Positions 38,924-56,812 of a DNA stretch of 64,000 bases are shown piece after piece (within the stretch, counting starts at the first letter, position 1; each line of letters opens with the position of its first letter). The stretch is from NCBI RefSeq assembly GCF_009914755.1, contig NC_060939.1; one strand, written 5' to 3'. A model generated the notes under the pieces. That model was not told the DNA's origin, did not search any database, and saw nothing but the letters and a program-made list of their open reading frames with translations. The DNA is from the human T2T-CHM13v2.0 reference genome, Homo sapiens. A program made the translations under genes and the position numbers.

Positions 38924-41381
38924 TTATATGCATGTGACTTTCCCCCACATCTATTGTAAGTACATTGAGCAGTGCTTTAAAAATATTTTCTTATATGGCA
39001 ATTTCAATTTAGCTTATTGAAAATGTATTGAGCACCTACTAAAGTTGTGAGGAGAAAGAAAAGCAGTGTTCATGGTAGAGCCAAGGGCTTACTATGCCAT
39101 CCTGGGGTGCAGTGTAGCATCTCAGCAGGTTGATGGCAGACTAGCGCAAGATTTCTTTTTTCAGTTATAATCTGAATGTTGTTGGGTATGTTCTGCCTAG
39201 TCTGTATGCTCACTGTAGTTTTGCAACAGGTTGCTGCACATTTTAGCTTGCCTGCCTAGACTCTGAAGATGCTTGAGTGAGGACAATAGCAGGAGGTTGC
39301 TGGTAAGGTGATTTGAAGGCTCATATTAGATCAGGGGTGAAGATTTTCCAAAAAACAAGTCACTGGGGAGTAACTTGAGTTTTTAAGCTAGAGTAATGTG
39401 ATGGGAACTGCATTTGAGGATGATGTATCTGATAGTGATGTGTAAGATTGATTGAGCAGGGAAATGGGGCCAGGTAAGAAATTAATGCTCCCTTTGTTCC
39501 CTCAAAGCTGTGGCACATGTAGTTATAATATAATTCTGCAATAGTTTTGTGGTGTGCATTACACCATTTAGCACCATCCTGTGTTCGATTTTCTGTTGTG
39601 GCATTCTTTACTCAAGCACTAGGGTCTGGGCCATGCCTTGCATCTTTTTTGTGTGTCACACAGTGCTGACACATGGCAGACACTGCAAGAAGAGTTGTTT
39701 GACTGACACTGAAGTGTCAATGTTACTTCCTTGGAACAAAAGGTGGTAAGGAAAGGATGCCAATTCATGTGCTATGTCAAGTTAAACTAGAAGTTCTCTC
39801 AGATATCTGAGCACAGGGTATGTGTTCTAAAGTGCTTTTGTTTGGTTTTGTTCCCACGTAATGATTTTTTATGCTAAATACTCTCTCCTGTTTAAGATAA
39901 AATATTTTTCTTTTTCTAGTGTGACAAACATTCAGATGTGATCTGAATTATTCATGATGACTTTTAGCTTTTGCTCATGTTGCATTTTGAAGTCCAATAT
40001 TGCACAGATATTTTGGCAGAATGTGGCACTAAACGAACTCATCAATTCACTGGTATCTCTGGTTTTCTAATTCAATGGAATGTTCAAAGCTCAAGTACCA
40101 AACTTCCATTATATTTCAGGGAGGCACCTGCTCAGCTGAGCCCTTCTCAAAATCGGACCTTCTCATTTCAATATTATATTTAAAAATGGAGGCTCGAAGG
40201 ATTGACTGAATGCCGTGTTAATCTTTGTAGAAATAGCAAGCAGGCCTAGCAATTCAGAGGCTCCATGTTATCTACCATATTGCAAAACCAAAATGTTGAC
40301 ATATTAAGAAAATGTTACAGACGTGGATCAGTTTCTTCCCTCTAAAGCCGCATGTCTCGTTAATGCTTACACAGCTGCCATCTTGGAAATCAAAACAGAA
40401 GAGCAGGAACTTCTGTTTATGTCAGGCTTTTTTTTGGTTTCAAATGGTTTTTACTACTTTTTTTTGAAAAGTCTGCTCAGATTTATTTATTTTTTCAAAA
40501 TGAGGGCCACAAAGTGGGTATAAACTGTTATAATTACCCACTCATCTCCATCTTATTGTAGAAGTATTTTATGGTATCTTTAGTCTTTTTATGATTATAA
40601 AAAACAACATAGTAACTGTAAAAGCAAAACCACAAATAAATACAGAGATGAATAAGATAAAGAAGGCTTTCTATTATTTCTCTTTCCAGAGATAACTATT
40701 GTCAACAGTTCCAGTTTGATGTCTAGTGAGATAGATAGATAGAGATGTGCCAAGAGAGTAAATCACGGCATTTCTGTATGTCTGACTATGGAATATTCTT
40801 CAGAAATCACTGAGACCATTTATTTTACATTGGAATTTCATCTTGATCTAAGATCCATCAACTTTAGTAGGTAAGTTGGGTTTTGGTGAACTTCCCAAGT
40901 CCTAGAGATTCTGAAAGTGGTTTCTGTCAGTAATATAGCAAGTTGTCAAGAAAAGGTCCTTCTGGTCTAATATGCCAAAAATCCGTGTTAATAAGTTACT
41001 TTAATATAATTACTCAATTTGATTAGCTGAATTATGCAAAAGCACATCAGTGTTCCACAGGGGCTTGCAGCAGAGCTCTGAAGGACTCCTGTTCTCCTTT
41101 GCCTTGCCCTCTCCAATGCCTTCTGCCCCATCCACCCCTTCAATGCCATGTTCCCTCCCTGAGAGTGAGAGAAACTCTTAGAAACATAGGCTCAGGGAAG
41201 ACAGACCCTAGTTCAGGGAGGTTTCTGCTCTGAATTTCAAAGGACTGGGTAGGGTTAATCCAGCCAAAACCTAGGTTAATATTCATAGAAATTAAAGAGA
41301 AAGGGCTTTACTTCCTCAGGGACTAGAAGAGGTCAGGAGAGAAACTAGGTTAAATAGGAAGGCTAGTGTGTTTGTGGATAC

Positions 41382-41463
41382 AGAGAGAGAGAGAGAGAGA
41401 AGGAGAATAGGGAGGAGGAGGAGGGGTGAAGGAGAAGAAACACGAAGAGAGAAGAAGGGAAAG
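41382..41463. repeat. (GA)n and purine-rich tract
   Basis: AGAGAGAGAGAGAGAGAGAAGGAGAATAGGGAGGAGGAGGAGGGG... Confidence 0.9.
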
Positions 41464-41479
41464 TTGACCTTTTACAAAA

Positions 41480-41895
41480 CATGTTGAGGTTAAGTGTATG
41501 TATGAATAGAGAAATGTACAGATGTTAAGCATAGAATGAGATGAGGTTTGACACATGTACTTATCCGTGTAAACAATACCTAATAAAGACATAGACCACT
41601 TTCCTTTGCCTCAGACAGTTCCTTCATGCCCCTTTGTACTCAATATGCCAATTCTACCCTCCTGACCTCGTAACTATGGGGATTTCCATTACTATAGATT
41701 CATTTGGACATTCTTGAGCTTCATATAAATGGAATCATACAGTATGTTCTCTTTTGTTTGTTTCATTTATATGTCTTGCTCTTTTTGTTCAATATACATT
41801 TTTTAGATTCAACATGTTGATCTACCATAATGCTTTTTTGCTTAGTATTGAATATGGTTCCACTTTATGAATATACCACATTTGTTTATCCATGA
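41480..41895 (-). mobile_element. L1M (L1MB/ME-type) 3' end
   Basis: AGTTCCTTCATGCCCCTTTGTA, GAGCTTCATATAAATGGAATCATACAGTATG, ATATACCACATTTGTTTATCCAT. Confidence 0.8.
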
Positions 41896-42960
41896 AACTT
41901 GCATTTTTTAAAAAAATGGTTTGTCTCATTTGTCTTCTGGTTGACACAATTTCAAACTTTGAGCAGGACATACTTGTGTTCACAGGATTGCTTGGAAATG
42001 GATGATAACTGAAATTTGCTGTCAACTTAGAAACTCCATCTGTGATCACTATTATCACCTCCTCACCGCCAAACCTCAAACCAAAGCTGTGCCTTCTGAA
42101 TCCATTTGTGGTAAGAATTTTTCATACTCATACAGGACTCTAGAGTTTCTGAAGCATTTTTATACACAACATTTTCTTTTACCTTGATCAACACTCAGAA
42201 TTTCTAGGTGCCAGATTTTGAAATAGAGAGTCAGGAATACAGACTTTCTGTTCTCTTTCCTCAAAATTCTAATTTTGTGATGCGATGTTCTGTCAGATTG
42301 ATTTGGGCCTGCAGCAGGAATTATCATTTCTCTGCATGGCCATAAGGGCCTGGCTGGGGTTCCATTTAGCCAGCCCTGTCGTCCTGCTGATGAGATCATG
42401 TATCTAGCCATGCACTTCTTGTCTGTGCTGCTGTTTGTCTACTTTTGGGCTTTCACACAATAATTTTAAGAAATATTTGGAAGCTATCCTTAAAAAAAAA
42501 GAAAAAGAAAATGGAAGAGCTAGCTGCCATAATGATGATATTCCTAATTCAGTTTACTTCTGAAATCACTAAAGGAAGAAACAACTTTTGTTATAAGTGT
42601 CTTATTGCATTGATAGAGATTTACTACTACAGGTCTTTGCTCATGGAACCAACCAACCAAATGAACCTCTGAAGCAATGAATATGCAGATAGAAGCCATT
42701 TGATATCTGAAATAACTTTTAGAAAATTTGCAATATTATATTATGAGCTCTTTGACTCTAACTTTAAAACAATTTTTTGCTTTTGAACAGTTAAATCAAA
42801 TCTGAGTATGGCTCCCTGAAAAAGAGTCACCTGCAAATTCTTTTTATGATGATGACATACCTTGAACATTCTGATTCCCTTGTAAAAATAGTACATAAAA
42901 AAATTACTTTTTTTAGCAAAGAAAATAGTCCTCCAAGATTTTTAAATGGGTTCGATATTA

Positions 42961-43274
42961 ATTCATTCATTCATTGATTCATTTATTTTTAGACACAGGG
43001 TCTCACTCTGTTGACCAGGCTGCAGTGCAATAGCACAATCATGGCTCATTGCAGCTTTGACCCCTAGGGCTCAAGTGATACTCCCACCTGAGCCTCCTGA
43101 GTAGCTGGGACTACAGGCACACACCACCACACCAAGCTAATTTTTAGAAAATTTTAGTAGAGTGGGTTCTTGCCATATTGCCCACGCTGGTCTGAAACTC
43201 CTGGGCTCCAGCAATCTTCCCACCTTGGCTTCCCAAAATGCTAGGATTATAGGGGTGAGCTACTATACCCAGCC
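42961..43274 (-). mobile_element. Alu (AluJ-like) with (ATTC)n tail
   Basis: Antisense dimer, ACAGGGTCTCACTCTGT, CTCCTGGGCTC. Confidence 0.95.
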
Positions 43275-43410
43275 CTTTTTCAATTTTTATATCAAATGCA
43301 TGTATGGAAATAGTATTTATGTTAATTGTTATATATAGGAACTTGGTGCTTGCAGCTCTTTTAAGTATACTTGTTATTTTTTTTAAGTAAATGCTAATTC
43401 TCTCTTTTTA

Positions 43411-43652
43411 TTTTTTTTGAGATGGAGTCTCGCTCTGTCGCCCAGGCTGGAGTGCGGTGGCACTATCTCAGCTCACTGCAACCTCCACCTCCCAGGTTCA
43501 AGCAATTCTCTGCCTCAGCCTCCCAAGTAGCTGGGATTACAGGCATCCACCACCATGCCAGCTAATTTTTGTATTTTCAGTAGAGATGGGGTTTCACCAT
43601 TTTGGTCAGGCTGGTCTTGAACTCCTGACCTCACGATCCACCTGCCTTGGCC
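43411..43652 (-). mobile_element. Alu (AluS), lacking ~40 nt at the 5' end
   Basis: Antisense dimer stops at CCTTGGCC; TSD-like ATTCTC(TC)TTTTTA on both flanks. Confidence 0.95.
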
Positions 43653-43755
43653 TGATTCTCTTTTTAAAACTGGAAAACAAAATTATTATTAGATACAAGC
43701 CATGTAATCTAACATAAGACATACGGTATAGTGGAAAAAAATTTATCATGCTGCG

Positions 43756-43765
43756 TGTGTGTGTT

Positions 43766-43798
<33 letters not shown>

Positions 43799-43799
43799 G
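43756..43799. repeat. (GT)n(AT)n compound microsatellite
   Basis: Directly visible. Confidence 0.95.
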
Positions 43800-43849
43800 T
43801 AATTTTTCTTCTTTGTTTTTAGGGAACACTATTTATCAAGGATGACTGG

Positions 43850-44015
43850 CATTTTTGTTTAAATCATGTAGTTACTCTGCAAGGTCAAAGGAGGGCCACT
43901 ATCATGTCCATTTTTACAGACAGGGAAGATAATTCTGCATTATTAAATGGCTAGGAAGAACGAGGCTGGGATTAAAATGCAGGATCTCCGAGACGTATTT
44001 TCTAGTGCTCTTTTT
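43850..44015 (-). mobile_element. MIR fragment
   Basis: TCCATTTTTACAGACAGGGAA, GGCTGGGATTAAAATGCAGG, TCTAGTGCTCTTT. Confidence 0.55.
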
Positions 44016-46681
44016 GCTACAGTTGCAAATGGCAGAATAAGAGCTCTTGAAGCACGGTAGTTTTACTAGGATCTGAGAACCAGAAGTTGGCTAAAACAAC
44101 TATATTATAAAGATTGAAGGAACTAGATAGCAAATCAATATTCACACAGAATAAACTGTAATGACCAATTACTTCAATTTCAAAGAAGTTAACTTGTGTT
44201 GCGGCTGCTTTGCAATTGTTTTCTGAAGAGCTGAAGGAATAGCTCAATAATGTCCGAACTACACGTTTGGTTTTCAAAGAGCACTGTGTGCAGTGATTTC
44301 GAATACAACGGCGGGTCAGCATTTAGTGACAGCACGAACAGCCTTCAGCTTCAAGAAGCTTCCTGTGAGGTCAGCTGACAGCTCTCTCGGGACCAAATCC
44401 TGATGTATTATAAGGATAACCCAGTCTGCTCTTAAAATGAGAGGATTTCTAACAGGAATTAATCACGACCTCTTTTTCCTCTCTTTAAAAGCAAGTTGCT
44501 TTGTCATCTTTTTTTTTTTTTTTCTGAAATCATCACAAAGAAAGAGTCTGAAAGGGAGTTGTTCTGCTTAAAATATTGCAGCAGATAATAGACAAAATAA
44601 GATGGCAATTATTGCTTACTGCCCCTCCATTGCCTCTTACTCTCCTTACAGAATACCCAAGTGGGTTTTAGGATAAAAATGGCTGGATTTTTAATGTTCA
44701 TGAATAAGAGAAGGTTGTAAGTGAGAGTCTGAATTTGGAAGGCAATAAAGAAGCATAGTAAGAGAGAAAAGAGCTGAATTGGAGGGAATAAAATATAAGC
44801 AACCCTTTTTCTGTATTGCCCCAAGTGATGCTGGCCTTGTCAAATGCATCACAGTCTGAGCCAAGTTTTCAGCAGTGTGTGTGAGCCACAGAAAGGAAAT
44901 AAATCTATCATTTAAGGGCTGCATTAACTCCTCTAAGAAGTTGGGGATTGTGTGTGTGTGTGTACATGTAAATTTAAATCTAATTGGTTTTGTTTCTTTT
45001 GCTCTGTGAAGGAGGAACATATAAAGTGTCCAAGGTTTTATTCAGAGCCTCAGGGTAGCCATACTGTTTGGAGAGAGTGCAGCATACCAAAGCTTGCGTG
45101 GTTATGGAGTGTTAGAGCTGGAAATTGTGTCCAAGCATGTGGAATGCTTCCCGTATTGTCAAAGTGGCCATTAAGTATCTTAAAAGTTAAATGCTTTGTC
45201 TTGCACTGGGATCATTACTTCTGATTTGAAGACACTTGAAATCAAATTCATGTAAATTTTAAAGAAGTTCTGCTTAAGCACACCTCACTTTCAGCCACTT
45301 TAAGTCAGGTTGCTATGAATGGGAAATAATGCAAAGAACAATCTTCAGAGAATGAATAGAGGGTGTCAACTTCTAATTCCTTGGTCACAGTTGGATTGTC
45401 CAGTGGTGGACACCTGTCTTTAGCCAGTGATCGGAGCTTTTAAGCACCTGATTTGAAAGTCCTTTAGCCAGTTCTTTCTTGTTAAGGAAATTGTGAAGTT
45501 TGAAGGCTAGATTTTGTTACTTGTAGAGTCCCAACTAATACCTTCATTCATTCGTTAGAGGGCTCATGTTCTCAAAAGTTTTTCAATGGCGTTCCAAGAA
45601 GTGGGATATTCCTACTTGCACAAAACCAAAAAGGACCTTGTTAAAATACAAATATTATCAAACAGGGCTGTGCATCATGCCTATAACCCACATGATTACT
45701 TTCACATTAATTATCTGTCTGCTGTCCAGTCAGAAACCTTTTCAAGTCTTGATAGAAAACTCAGCACAAGCCACTTTTGAAAGAAAAGAAAGGCCAGAAA
45801 CAAGGGTCATAGTAGGTGGAGATGAGACACTTAGGTTTGAGGATATCCAGAACGTGCATGATTGTGAGAAATTAACCTCTAAAATGCTTATAAAATTATT
45901 TCACTCTGAGAGTTGAATGAAGATTAATTAGGAGAGTGCAGTTTAAGGTACGGAATATGGAATCTAGCTTTTATTTCATATTCAGTAAATGTCATCTATT
46001 ATCACAATAAAATACTAAATGTTTAACATAATTGAATGTTTTTGGTTTATGAACAAGTTCAAAAGCTTCCATTACCTAATGGTTTGATTTTTATTGTACA
46101 GTTCTGTATACAAATATAATATCTTCGGGATTTGCAAGTCTAGGAATTAGTTTTTTCCACACTACTTTTGCTTATAATAAAATTTATATATACCCAAAGT
46201 TTTTATTATAATTCATTATTTATGATACTTCATGTAACCCAGTCATTATTTCTATTTGAGTTTGTATATATTTGTACACTTAATTTTATAATATGTCTGA
46301 GTCATGACAGGGAGTCAGAATTACTCACATTGGCAAGCCTTGATGACTTGTATAGTCCTTTAAGAAAAGACATTTCAATACTATTCTACTGCCATTTGGT
46401 AGGATAACAGGGCCAAATGAAGCATAATTTACATTTATTGAAAATGCATTTGGTGATGGTGGCCCACTGTCATCCCAAAACTTTGTCAAATCAATATATC
46501 CAGGACACAGTTTTGGTGGAGTAAAACCAGTGTATTCTTGGGTTCTTGAGTTACGGATTGATATAATCTCTACAGAGGTTACTAAGCATTAAATAGTTAA
46601 ACAGCCTTTGGAAAACTAGTGTTCTTCTCCACTGAGGATGGTACTATTATTTTTATTAGTAAACTGCTTCTGGTCATTTTG

Positions 46682-46886
46682 GAACAACACACACTGGGGC
46701 CTATCAGAGGGTGGAAGGTAGGAGGAGGGAGAGAAGCAGGAAGAATAACTAATGGACACTAGGCTTAATACTTGGGTGATGAAATAACCTGTACAACCAC
46801 CCGTATGACACACATTTATTTATGTAACAAACCTGCACATCCCGCACATGTACCCCTGAACTTAAAAAAAAAGTTAAAGGAAAAAA
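46682..46886 (+). mobile_element. L1PA (older, ~PA13-16) 3' UTR fragment
   Basis: ACACACTGGGGCCTATCAGAGGGTGGA...ATGTAACAAACCTGCACATCCCGCACATGTACCCCTGAACTTAAAA. Confidence 0.92.
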
Positions 46887-48159
46887 TTCAGAAAATCTGG
46901 GAAGAGCACTATAGCTACCACACCAGAGAAAACTAACTCTGTAGGAAAAGATTTAATAGTGAATCAGCAATTGAATTTTTTTTCTACTTAAAATGATGAA
47001 ATTTATTATCTTACTATGAGGCTTTAATATCAGCCTCAGAAAAGGGCAGTAAAGCTACTGTTAGAACTGAATTGCTAGCTATAACTTTGGGAGCCTCAAA
47101 AATGCGGAATTGGTTTATTTTCACTTCTGACATCAAATACTGTTGCTATTTGCTTTGAAATATTTCCTCTTGGTATCAGCCATAGCCCTGGAAGGGCTGA
47201 CAAGTAGGATACATGTCTCATGTTTTGGGGCGGAGTCACAAGCAAAAGATAACTTTAAAGATAACTGTCTTTTGGCATGGGGTTCAAGAGTTACTTTAAA
47301 TTTCTTAACCTGAAAGGAGAGGACCAAATGCCAATCGGGTCTATCACACATCCTTTCATAGAGCTATTGGTAAAGCAATCAAATACATAAATGACAGAAA
47401 TGACAGATGTTGGTTCCTTTATTGCTATTTAATGCAGACAAAGCATGTTCTTTCCCAAGATTAGATTTTGTGACAAGACTTTTTCTTTTAGTCATTATAT
47501 AATACGAATGGTTATTTGTCAAAGGAGTTATATTTGTCTTTGGCTGTTGCAGAAATCTCAGAGGAAAAATCCTCGGGCTTGATTTTACTTTCAAGAAGTA
47601 CATAAACATTAACAGTGAGTTTTTTCTTTCAAAATAGGTTTTGTTTTGACTTTGAAAGCCTCAGTATTTCCTCAAAGCATTCTAATATTTGGAATAAGTA
47701 TATAAAATATTACAGGGTACTTGTATTGCTCTTCCATCATAATTCAGGGCTAAAATTCCTACAGAAAGTCTGAGGGTAGGTTCCTTCTGTTTTTCTCTCT
47801 ACTATTTCCAGTTTTGCCAAGTTGCCTTGATGCTGTGATCCTGGGGAAATGATGCCGGTACCGTGCATGGCTGAGTTAGGGTGCCCACGAGACCAGTTGA
47901 GACCATCATTGTTGTTACGATGGTTAACAAAAGAGAGTCACAGAGTGCTTAAGGCTGGGAGGGATGGATCACATTAACTATACAATCCTGTTATCTTTCA
48001 AATGGGAAACTGTGGAGCAGGAAGACGAAGGGACCTGTCCAGGTCATATGATCAGCAAGCATGAGAGTTGTGATCCAGACTTAGTTTCCATCAGGCAATT
48101 TTCTCAGTAATTTCCCAGGATCCTAAACTCTTCACTCTTCACTCTTTCCCCTGCCTATA

Positions 48160-48445
48160 CACAGGGCCTTGTTCTGTCATCCAGGCTAGGATGAAGTGGC
48201 ACAATACTAGCTCACTGCAGCCTGAACTCCTGGGCTCAAGCAATCCTCCCACCTCAGCCTCCTGAGTAGCTGAGACTACTGGTGCATGCCACCGTGCCCA
48301 GCTAATTTTTTGTTTATTTATATTTTTGGAGAAATGGGGCTCACTACATTGCCCAGACTAGTCTCAAACTTCTGGCCTGAAGCAATTTTCCTGCCATGGC
48401 CTCCCAAAATGCTGGGATTACAGGTATGAGTCATCGCACCTGGCC
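48160..48445 (-). mobile_element. Alu (AluJ-like)
   Basis: Antisense dimer; CTTCACTCTTT on both flanks. Confidence 0.93.
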
Positions 48446-48669
48446 AACTACTTCACTCTTTACTTGCTTCCATTCCATTCCATTCTGCTCTTTGAATATA
48501 TTGAGTGAGTGGGATTTTCTCACCTTGAGTCTTGGCATTCTCTGAGTAGTTTTTACTTGGACTTACTCTTTTGGAATTTTAGTTCCTGACAACCTAAAGA
48601 AGGACTCTCTTCTCTAGTTCCCCCCTCTTTCCCTTTACTCCTACTGCTGCTACTTCTCCTCCTACCAAA

Positions 48670-51075
48670 TGCCTTCTGGAAAAGACAAAACTGTTGAGAA
48701 AGATTCATCAGTGGTTGCCAGAAGTTCAGGGGAAGGCAGAGAAGGAAGACTAGGTGAAATCAGGATTTTACAGAACAGTGAAACTATTAGTGACTAATAC
48801 TGCAATGGTAGAATCATGAGAATATGCATTTGTCAAAATCCATAGAACTTTATCACACAAAGAGTGGATCTTAATATATATGCAAATTAGTTTTTATAAA
48901 TAGAAAGTCAGGGGATTTCAGGAAGCAATGTGACAAGTGGATACCCCCAAAGTAGGGCGCCTTGTCAGGCTCAGTTCTTTGAACAAACGGAAATTGGAAA
49001 AGCCTCAGAACCAAGGTCTTTCTGAACTTCTCCTGCCTTTCTGTTTCCCACCCAATTTTATTACCCAGTGAGAGTCTTAGAAATCAGAATTCTTCTTCCC
49101 TAAGGTGGGGCATAAAAACCAGAACCTCTCTCTTCCAAAGCAAGCCATTAAATCTAGACAGGCCACTGTCTACAGGCTGACTTCTCCTTTAAAGACCCTT
49201 ATTCCAGAGGGGTTCTGTTCCATACCTGGGAAGGTGAAATACTATGCAGAGAGGCCAAGAAAAATCTCAACAGACAGGCCTTACTGCATTCGGTGTCAGT
49301 CTATTGTCATTGGATCATACTCTTGTGTCCAATCACATTTCTACACGACTGTCTGTTCTTCATCAAACCTAAGCATAAAATAGTTTTCCCTGGGTCTTTG
49401 GATCTTTATTTCTGAAGGCTCCTATGTCACATAAAATTTTGATGACATAAATTTGGTATGCTTTTCTCTGGTCAACCTGTCCTTATAGGAGAATCGATCA
49501 TGACCCTTATGATGGGTAAGAAAAGTGATCACACCTTTCTGCCCCTACAAAAGAGAAAATAAATGTACCATAAATGTGTGAAACAACCTCACTGAAGGGA
49601 GTGGGGGAAAAAGATGCTGACACAAATAAGTTTGAAAACCAGTGGAGTGTGCAATACCAAAAACAAAAGGAGTTGGTCATTAAGTCCTGTACTCTCATTA
49701 ATAAGGTTGTTTCTCGTTGGGTATGGTTAACAATTCTGACCCTGCTATACCTGTGTACTGGAATTGATCAATTATGTGAATGAATGGTGGATGGTGGGAA
49801 CAAGATTTCTGACTGTTGGGTTGGGAATTTACAGATAACGAAGAGGAAGAGGCTGGAATGATCTATATGGTAATGGATAAGAGTTGGAGACATTGGTGGG
49901 AACTCATGTTTAGATGGTTACATACAGAAATATTTATAGATATGTGTATTTCTATTGGTATATATAAGAAATGACACCTTAGTACCAACAAGCATACCGA
50001 ACACCCAATCCTGGTTTCTAATATCATTCTCCAACAAAAAGAAATAGAGCTTCTGGGAGAAATGACTGCTTCTAGGACTGGGGCATATACAAGATGAGCT
50101 TGGAACATTTGTAGTTCCAGAGAGTTATGAAGTGAAAGAAAACCAAACAAAAACAAACCCAAACCTACCTTGATAGGGATATGTCAAAGGTTCACAGGAG
50201 CCAACAAAAAGAGCTTTCAATGGCCAAAGCTAGAAAAAGGTGAGGAACAAATGAAGTAAAGTAGTATTGGACCACAACCCCAAGTATGAAATAAGTATTC
50301 ATGAGACCATACTTCTATAAGTAAATAACTGAATAAATTAATAAGCAGAGGAGGAAAAATCTCCCGCACAGAGGAACAACAAGTAATCTATGAAGACACT
50401 ATACCCTAAAAGAGAGGCAGTATAATTCTTCACTCCTTAAGTTTGGGCTATGCATTGTGATTTCCTTCTAAAGAACACAGCATTAAAAAGGGAGGTAGGG
50501 GAGTGGAGGAACTCTACAGTGGAGAAAACTGATAAACATTATTTCAACTGGATGATCAAGGTCAGTATCACTAGTTACAAATCAGGTTGATAGTAGGTAC
50601 CCTTGTTATGACATCATGAAATTGACACTTTACCTCTGTGATTTACCTCCCGCAAATACATGACTCCAGTCTAATCATGATGAAAACATCAGATAAGTCG
50701 CAATAGGGCAGCATCCTACAATATATGTGAGGAGTACTCCTAAAACATTTCAAGGTCATCAAAAACAAGGAAAAACTGAGAAACTGTCACAGCCAAGAGG
50801 TGCCCATGGAATTATGACAACTAAATGCAATGTGGTATCCTGTATGGAATCCTGGAACAGAAAAAGGACACTTGGTGAAATTAAGAAGATCTGAGTAACT
50901 ATGGACTTTGGTTAATCCTATATCAATATGGCTTCATTAATTATAACAAATGTGCCATACTAATCTAAAATGTAATAATGTTTGTGTGTGGAAGGAGAAG
51001 GGTTATGGAAACTGTCTGTACTATCTTCTCCATTTTGTAAATCTAAAACTGGTCTAAAAATAAAGTTTATTAAAA
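48670..51075 (+). mobile_element. L1MC (L1MC3-like) long 3' UTR, split by an LTR
   Basis: TCAGTGGTTGCCAG, ACAACCTCACTGAAGGG, TGTCACAGCCAAGAGG, GGAATCCTGGAACAGAAAAAGGAC, terminal CTAAAAATAAAGTTTATTAAAA. Confidence 0.85.
48929..49549 (+). mobile_element. ERV1 solo LTR (MER39/MER34-like) nested in L1MC
   Basis: ACCCCCAAAGTAGGGCGC near start; GACCCTTATTCCAGAGGGG, TTTCTGAAGGCTCCTATGTCACATAAAA; ends TTTCTGCCCCTACA. Confidence 0.75.
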
Positions 51076-51581
51076 TATTGACTGCATTAAAAATGTCAGT
51101 TATTGATATCCTTAAAATCCCCCGTTATTTAATATGTTTATTCTTTTTATTCTAAGGTAATTCATTTTATTATAGGAAATGTGAGGAAACAAAGTATATT
51201 AGGGGTAAAATAAACACCCCAAACCATTATATTAAGTGTAACTCTTATTAACATTTTTTACTGCTTATCCTCTTTTTTAGATATACATGGGATTTCATGA
51301 TTTTTGCTTTTTAATAAGTTGAAGACGTATCAGATATGACATTAATATTAGGCAATCCCCTTTCTTCATGTTGCATGGGGTCTGTTTCTTTTTGTTTTTA
51401 TTATACTTTAAGTTCTGGGGTACATGTGCAGAACATGCAGTTTTGTTACATGTGCCATTGTGGTTTGCTACACCCTTCAACCCACATACATTAGGTATTT
51501 TCTCCAAATGCTATCCCTCCACTACGCCCCACCCCCCGATAGTGTGATGTTCCCCTCCCTGTGTCCATGTTTTCTCATTGT

Positions 51582-55716
<4,135 letters not shown>

Positions 55717-55779
55717 TATGATGCTGGCTGGTTATTTTGTCCATTAGTTGATGCAGTTTCTTCATAGTGTTGATGTTCT

Positions 55780-56812
55780 TTACAATTTGGTATGTTTTTG
55801 CAGTGGCTGGTACCGGTTGTTCCTTTCCAAGTTTAGTGTTTCCTTCAGGAGCTCTTGTAAGGCAAGAGCCTTACACCACCACCAGGTGGTGACAAAATCT
55901 CTCAGCATTTGCTTGTCTGTAAAGGATTTTATTTCTCCTTCACTTATAAAGCTTAGTTTGGCTGGATATGAAATTCTGGGTTGAAAATTCTTTTCTTAAA
56001 GAATGTTGAGTATTGGCCCCCGCTCTCCTCTGGCTTGTAGGGTTTCTGCAGAGAGATCTGCTGTTAGTCTAATGGGCTTCCCTTTGTGGGTAACCCAACC
56101 TTTTTCTCTGCTGCCCTGAACATTTTTTTCTTCATTTCAACCTTGGTGAATCTGATGATTGTGTGTCTTGAGGTTGCTCTTCTCGAGGAGTATCTTTGTG
56201 GTGTTCTCTGTATTTCCTGAATTTGAATGTTGGCCTGTCTTGCTAGGTTGGGGAAGTTCTCCTGGATAATATCCTGAAGAGTGTTTTCCAGCTTGGTTCC
56301 ATTTTCCCTGTCACTTTCAGGTACACCAATCAAATGTACATTTAGTCTTTTCACATAGTCCCATGTTTCTTGGAGGCTTTATTTATTCCTTTTTATTTTT
56401 TCTCTAATCTTTTCTTCTCACTTTATTTCATTAAGTTGATCTTCAGTCTCTGATATCCTTTCTTCCGCTTGATTGATTCAGCTATAGATACTTCTGTATG
56501 CTTCATGAAGTTCTCGTGCTGTGTTTTTCAGCTCCATCAGGTCATTTATGTTCTCTAAACTGGTTATTCTAGTTAGAAATTCATCTAACCTTTTTTCAAA
56601 GTTCTTAGCTTCCTGGCATTGGATTAGAACATACTCCTTTAGCTCAGAGGAGTTTGTTATTACCCACCTTTTGAAGCTTACTTTTGTCAATTCATCAAAC
56701 TCATTCTCCATCAAGTTTTGTCCCCTTGCTGGTGAGGATTTGTGATCCTTTGGAGGAGAAGTGGTGTTCTGGTTTTTGGAGTTTTCCGCCTTTTTGAGCT
56801 GTTTCCCCCCAT
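55780..56812 (-). pseudogene. L1 ORF1p remnant
   Basis: Fragments MMENEFDELT...LMELKNTAREL and KRLNVHLIGVPESDRENGTKLENTLQDIIQENFPNLARQANIQIQEIQRTPQRYSSRR. Confidence 0.95.

Noticed and set aside
39135-39205. CAGACTAG ... CTAGTCTG inverted repeat, possible small DNA transposon
   Set aside because: Only 8 bp; no convincing termini or TSD
47133-47351. Minus-strand acceptor CCTCTCCTTTCAG near 47310 followed by an open frame (VKKFKVTLEPH...)
   Set aside because: No recognisable protein and no convincing matching donor; isolated signal
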